From the NCBI GenBank assembly GCA_003858585.1, contig RQZE01000001.1:120001-152000 (forward strand): a stretch of DNA of 32,000 nucleotides. Reading direction: 5' to 3'. Positions 27,711 to 32,000 of the stretch are shown one piece after another (position 1 is the first letter of the stretch; each line of letters opens with the position of its first letter). Both the position numbers and the translations under genes were made by a program. The notes under the pieces are model-generated. The model saw nothing but the letters and a program-made list of their open reading frames with translations, did no database searches and was not told where the DNA came from. Origin of the DNA: Erysipelotrichaceae bacterium OH741_COT-311 (GTDB lineage Bacteria; Bacillota_I; Bacilli_A; Erysipelotrichales; Erysipelotrichaceae).

Positions 27711-29909
27711 ATGAAAAATAATACAACTAAAATTTTATTGATTATTACAGGAATTTTAGGCACATTCGTTGTGGCAGCATTAGCGTTCTTATTTTTTTCA
27801 CCACAATTAAAAGCAGAAGATTTTGTAAATAAAAATATTGCGGAAGTAATTGCTTGGCAAGAAAAACATAAAGTGAAAAGTGATAAGATTGAAATTCTCT
27901 ACGAATTTAGTGAAACCATCGAAAAAGACATTGTAATAAGTCAATCTATTGAAAAAAACAAACCAATTAAACAAAAGATTAGCTTTACGGTTTCAAAAGG
28001 AAGTGACCCTGATAAACTAGTTGATCTTATTGACTTTAAAGATAAAACAGAAGCAGAAATTACAGCATGGTTTAAAGAACAATTATTTACAGATGTAACT
28101 GTAGAGTACATTCCTCATCAAGAAATTGCAAAAGGAAAATTTGTTAAATTAAACATTACCGGTAATCAAGCAAAACGTAGTGAAGTTATTTTAGTTTCCA
28201 TTTCTGCCGGAACAGATTCTGTGGGTTTACCAATTATCATTCCGGACTTTAAAGACTTTACAAAAGAAAATATTCAAGCATGGGCAAAAACAAATAATAT
28301 GAGTGTTTCCTTTACAAGTGAAGCCTCTGATAGTATAGCTGAAGGTAAAGTAGTATCACAAAATCCGAAGGCTAATGAAGCTTCTACAACTGGTTCTAAA
28401 GTAAAAGTTGTATTATCTAGTGGAAAAGGCATTGTCTTAGAAAACTTTAATGGAAAAGAAAAAGCGACTTTATCAAAATGGGCAAAAGCCAATAAAATTT
28501 CTGTTACCTTTGTTGATTCTTATAGTCCAACTGTAGCAAATGGATTAATTATTTCTACGAATCCAAAAGCCAACTCTAAGATTAAACCCAACAGTAAACT
28601 CACTGCCTATATATCTATTGGTTTTGTACCATTAAATAATTATGTAGGAAAATCAAAAGCAGATTTTGAAAGTTACATTGCAAAATTGAATAAGAGTAAC
28701 AATGAATCTGCAAATATAAGCGTTGAATATATCAACGAAGTAAACAACAAAGTTGCAGAAAACAATATTATCTCTATGATTGTTGATGGAAAAGAAATTG
28801 ATAAACCAACAACAAAATTAAATAGTATTAAACCAGGTAGTAAAATTAAAATTAAAGTTAGCAAAGGACAACTTATTAAAGTAGATAGCTATGTTAATAA
28901 ACCTGAAAATGAATTTATTACCTTCTTAAAGAAACAAGGACTTGTACCAAATAAAACTGGAGAATCTTATAGCTCTTATGCAAAAGGTAACATCGCTACC
29001 AATGCTACAGGAGAATTTAAAAAAGGATCTTCTATCAACTATACAACATCAAAAGGACAATATAAATTTGATCCAAAACAATTCGAGAATAAAACCGAAG
29101 AAGCGGCTAGAGCCACTTTAGCAACTTTAAACAATCAAGGTGCTGGTTTAACTTTAAATAAACCTATAGAGGAATATTCAAATACTGTTGCTGTAAACTT
29201 ACTTTATGATTGTAAAGTAACCGGTAATACAATTGGTTGTAAAAAATCAAAAGGTGTAGGAATTGTTGTAGGTAATTATATTGGAAGTCAAAAACCATGT
29301 GCCAATACTGGATGTAGTGTAAATGATTTAAAATTCAAATTTGTATCTGAACCAAATTGGAGTAATAAACCAAAAGATGAAGTTATTAGCCAAAGTATTG
29401 AAGCAGGTAAAATGGTTGACAAAAACACAGAAATAACGCTTATTCTATCACGTGGACCTATGCCACTACCACCAATTAATGCAGCTGATTTCAACGGTAA
29501 AACCAAAGAACAAGCAAACCAACACTTAACAACACTTAATAATCAAGGTGCTGGATTAACATTAAACTTTGTAGATGAATACTCTGATACAATTGCAAGT
29601 GGAATCACTTACGATTGTTCTATATCTGGAAAAGCTGTTTCATGTAAAGCATCTTTAGGCAAGAAACCTGTAGAGAAAATTACGATTATTGATGTACAAA
29701 TAAAGATTATTAATTCCACTTCTGCGGATGAATCAAAAACGATTATTACAAATTACTTAAAATCTTTAGATGTTCCGGATAGTCAAATTCAAATTGAATT
29801 AGTACATTCAGATGTAAATGTCGGACAACTAGTTGGAGACTACCCTGGTCCTGGAGACTATGAACCAAACACTGTATTCAAATTTCAAATTTCAAAAGGA
29901 CCACAATAA
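27711..29909 (+). CDS. Membrane-anchored multi-PASTA-domain protein with no kinase or transpeptidase domain
   Basis: 732 aa. N-terminal TM segment ILLIITGILGTFVVAALAFLFF, followed by about 9 units of ~65-75 aa, each ending ...V(S/L)(K/S/R)G. Extended -10 TGCTATAAT at 27683..27691. Confidence 0.78.
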   Translation: MKNNTTKILLIITGILGTFVVAALAFLFFSPQLKAEDFVNKNIAEVIAWQEKHKVKSDKIEILYEFSETIEKDIVISQSIEKNKPIKQKISFTVSKGSDPDKLVDLIDFKDKTEAEITAWFKEQLFTDVTVEYIPHQEIAKGKFVKLNITGNQAKRSEVILVSISAGTDSVGLPIIIPDFKDFTKENIQAWAKTNNMSVSFTSEASDSIAEGKVVSQNPKANEASTTGSKVKVVLSSGKGIVLENFNGKEKATLSKWAKANKISVTFVDSYSPTVANGLIISTNPKANSKIKPNSKLTAYISIGFVPLNNYVGKSKADFESYIAKLNKSNNESANISVEYINEVNNKVAENNIISMIVDGKEIDKPTTKLNSIKPGSKIKIKVSKGQLIKVDSYVNKPENEFITFLKKQGLVPNKTGESYSSYAKGNIATNATGEFKKGSSINYTTSKGQYKFDPKQFENKTEEAARATLATLNNQGAGLTLNKPIEEYSNTVAVNLLYDCKVTGNTIGCKKSKGVGIVVGNYIGSQKPCANTGCSVNDLKFKFVSEPNWSNKPKDEVISQSIEAGKMVDKNTEITLILSRGPMPLPPINAADFNGKTKEQANQHLTTLNNQGAGLTLNFVDEYSDTIASGITYDCSISGKAVSCKASLGKKPVEKITIIDVQIKIINSTSADESKTIITNYLKSLDVPDSQIQIELVHSDVNVGQLVGDYPGPGDYEPNTVFKFQISKGPQ
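29097..29659 (+). repeat. Intragenic duplication: two ~52-aa Cys-pair modules (29097..29255 and 29505..29659)
   Basis: The two modules align: EEAARATLATLNNQGAGLTLNKPIEEYSNTVAVNLLYDCKVTGNTIGCKKSKG and KEQANQHLTTLNNQGAGLTLNFVDEYSDTIASGITYDCSISGKAVSCKASLG. Confidence 0.8.
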
Positions 29910-29932
29910 AAAGCTATTTTACAATAGCTTTT

Positions 29933-31411
29933 TTACTTTTTATGATTATAGAAAATTAATTTCATTTCCGGATTTAATTTAAAATATTTTTTGAATACTT
30001 CTTGATGATAAGTATCATTTAATTCTATATCATATGAGTGAATTAATTCAGAAGGCATGCGTACAAGCCATGCTTCTTTTTCATTTGGATTATCTTGATA
30101 ATACTGAATTTGTTGCATACGCATATGATGAAAGTGGCTAACTGTTTGATATATTTTAATATAATTGATAGTCTTTATACCAATAATGCCTATAGAAATT
30201 ACTACAAAGATTGGATAAATAATTTTTACTTTTAACTCATTCATCAGAAGTAACACAACTAATACTAATAAATAATACGTATACAAACTGGAACGAGCTG
30301 CAAAAATTGGACTCATCATCATAACAGCATTGCTAACTCCTGCAAGAACAATATACACACTCACTTCTATAAATAAGGTTCTTTTTAAAACATGATAAAG
30401 TATATAAAAGATGCTGATTACATAAATAAAATAATAAACAGTAAGGAAAACTACGATGCGTATATCTTTCATATCCACTAACCAAGATATGTGTAATTTT
30501 TCAGCATAAATGAATATAAAACTCATTATAATAATCAAAGCCATTATACTCTTTACATATTTATTCTGTTTCCAACTCGTAAATATATGCATTAAACTTA
30601 CAATATTAAAAAACGAAAATAAAATAGGACTACTTAAGAATGTGTAATACATAAAATGCTTCCAGTTGATACTTATCTTCTCAAAAACAGATAATGAAAC
30701 CCAATCAGCATGATCCCTCAATAGTCTTTGTGAAGAACCCGGTGCAAAGAATAATATCGCAAAAGCTACAAGATTAAAGATAAAAATAAGAAAAAAGATT
30801 TTAAAATATTCTTTTTTATAGATGTATGCATAGACTAAAACACTCATATTTAAAAGCACTAAAATAATAGCTGCATTTTCCATACTCATCGATATTTGTA
30901 CATTGCATAAGATTGCGATTAGAATACGATACAGATTAAATTGTTTTTTATGTAGTAAGACACTTTTAATGATGTATAGATACACTAATAAACTTAACAA
31001 GGCTATTGTATAAAACCCTGTACCGGTAAGCCATGTGTAAGTTTGCATGCGCATGTGATTGGATACACTTAACATGAACATAAGTACTCCAACATAGATG
31101 ACATAAGATTTCTTATTTATAATTTTTATTAACACATAATAAATAAGCAGAAATAACAAAGGATTAAGTAGATTCCACAACCACTTCTGAGGTATGACAG
31201 TTAAACTGTAAAACTCACTAAAAACTCTGCCTGACCAATTCGTATAGAAATGAGATATTGTGCGAAAAATATTATCATTTAATCCATTAAAGGCATAACC
31301 CCAGTCATCACCTGCCAATGGTGTTTGCTTAGAAATATAATAAAATAACACATAAATAAATACTCCACCTATCAACATTAATAGTTTATCTTTATTTAGT
31401 ATTTTATTCAT
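29933..31411 (-). CDS. Polytopic membrane protein, GT-C-like (DUF6056-like) putative glycosyltransferase
   Basis: 492 aa with at least 10 hydrophobic segments. An acidic motif PLAGDDWGYA follows TM1, as in GT-C enzymes. The start overlaps the stop of the upstream YfhO gene (ATGA). Confidence 0.55.
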   Translation of the reverse strand: MNKILNKDKLLMLIGGVFIYVLFYYISKQTPLAGDDWGYAFNGLNDNIFRTISHFYTNWSGRVFSEFYSLTVIPQKWLWNLLNPLLFLLIYYVLIKIINKKSYVIYVGVLMFMLSVSNHMRMQTYTWLTGTGFYTIALLSLLVYLYIIKSVLLHKKQFNLYRILIAILCNVQISMSMENAAIILVLLNMSVLVYAYIYKKEYFKIFFLIFIFNLVAFAILFFAPGSSQRLLRDHADWVSLSVFEKISINWKHFMYYTFLSSPILFSFFNIVSLMHIFTSWKQNKYVKSIMALIIIMSFIFIYAEKLHISWLVDMKDIRIVVFLTVYYFIYVISIFYILYHVLKRTLFIEVSVYIVLAGVSNAVMMMSPIFAARSSLYTYYLLVLVVLLLMNELKVKIIYPIFVVISIGIIGIKTINYIKIYQTVSHFHHMRMQQIQYYQDNPNEKEAWLVRMPSELIHSYDIELNDTYHQEVFKKYFKLNPEMKLIFYNHKK

Positions 31412-32000
31412 ACCCGTTTTTCCCTTCTTTTGTTATATTTATGATGCAATACAACTATAATAACATAACTTACAATCGCTATAACACTCAATAACATCCC
31501 CTTTTTCAAACCACTTGGTATAAACGTCAAGGTAATCTCGTGATGTCCTTCTTGCAAATAAATGGCCATAAACCCTTGGTGAGCTTTTTGAATCGGTGTT
31601 ACTTTTCCATTGACATAACATGTCCAACCTTCATCATAAGGAATCGAAAAGAATAAGTATTGATTCCCGTTGACATCAATATTGCCTTTAATGGTGTTTT
31701 TTTGAATTTGAAAATCTTTTAGGTAGCTGCGTGTTCCACTCAGTGGTTGTTGTTGATTGGTAACTAAGCGGTTTTTCATGTGATGAAGTTGTGTATAGTA
31801 ATCATATTGATGCAACTCTTCAAACGGAATGGTATCTACATACGTATACCCCACAGGAAGATACTGTTGATCTTCAAAGAGTAAATACTCACTCTTACCC
31901 AAACTTCCTAAAGGTGTAAATTGTTCATGCGGTAATTCATTTTTATCTTTTACAATATAATACTTTGTACTTAACATCTGTAAAGCATCATAGTCAACAA
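31408..32000 (-). CDS. YfhO-family membrane protein, C-terminal part (the 5' end runs off the right window edge)
   Basis: The frame stays open upstream of the ORF-track Met at 31977 (...VDYDALQMLSTK), so the gene is partial. It has a C-terminal beta-rich domain and a final TM (GFMAIYLQEGHHEITLTFIPSGLKKGMLLSVIAIVSYVIIV), as in YfhO. Confidence 0.65.
   Translation of the reverse strand, partial: VDYDALQMLSTKYYIVKDKNELPHEQFTPLGSLGKSEYLLFEDQQYLPVGYTYVDTIPFEELHQYDYYTQLHHMKNRLVTNQQQPLSGTRSYLKDFQIQKNTIKGNIDVNGNQYLFFSIPYDEGWTCYVNGKVTPIQKAHQGFMAIYLQEGHHEITLTFIPSGLKKGMLLSVIAIVSYVIIVVLHHKYNKRREKRV

Overview
This is a low-GC (about 33-37%) chromosomal segment that looks like Bacillota/Erysipelotrichales; the taxon is an inference from gene content and codon style only.

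The left core (1-9.3 kb, all minus strand) carries:
- the hrcA-grpE-dnaK heat-shock operon, with a sigma-A promoter and two CIRCE operators
- a GT4 glycosyltransferase
- pyruvate:ferredoxin oxidoreductase
- a stand-alone pyrR
- the C-terminal remnant of a flavocytochrome-c/fumarate-reductase-type flavoprotein

An accessory island of about 11.2 kb (~9.35-20.61 kb) separates that remnant from what looks like the same gene's N-terminal lipoprotein/FMN-bind start (20740..20591). The island contains:
- an orphan 164-aa gene
- a type II R-M module: a C-protein-like HTH, a 396-aa endonuclease, and a convergent C5-cytosine methyltransferase with an RHH-like N-terminal extension
- an XRE regulator
- a tightly coupled operon: a large serine recombinase lacking any Cys-rich zinc ribbon, two free-standing paralogs of its C-terminal domain (one with an in-frame TAG), and two ParB/Srx-like proteins
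- a minus-strand cargo operon that I consider the best candidate for an undescribed defence or addiction system: an RHH+zinc-ribbon protein, a C-terminally membrane-anchored helical protein and a PD-(D/E)XK nuclease with an unassigned C-terminal domain, driven by a consensus promoter with palindromic operators
- a SymE-family toxin gene

The right core (20.8-32 kb) carries fucO, a cytochrome-b5-like lipoprotein, the yjjI/yjjW glycyl-radical pair, a GNAT, tex, a kinase-less multi-PASTA membrane protein and two GT-C-like membrane proteins (one of them YfhO, partial).

I saw no rRNA, tRNA or CRISPR array. All homology statements come from motif recognition by eye; no database search was possible.
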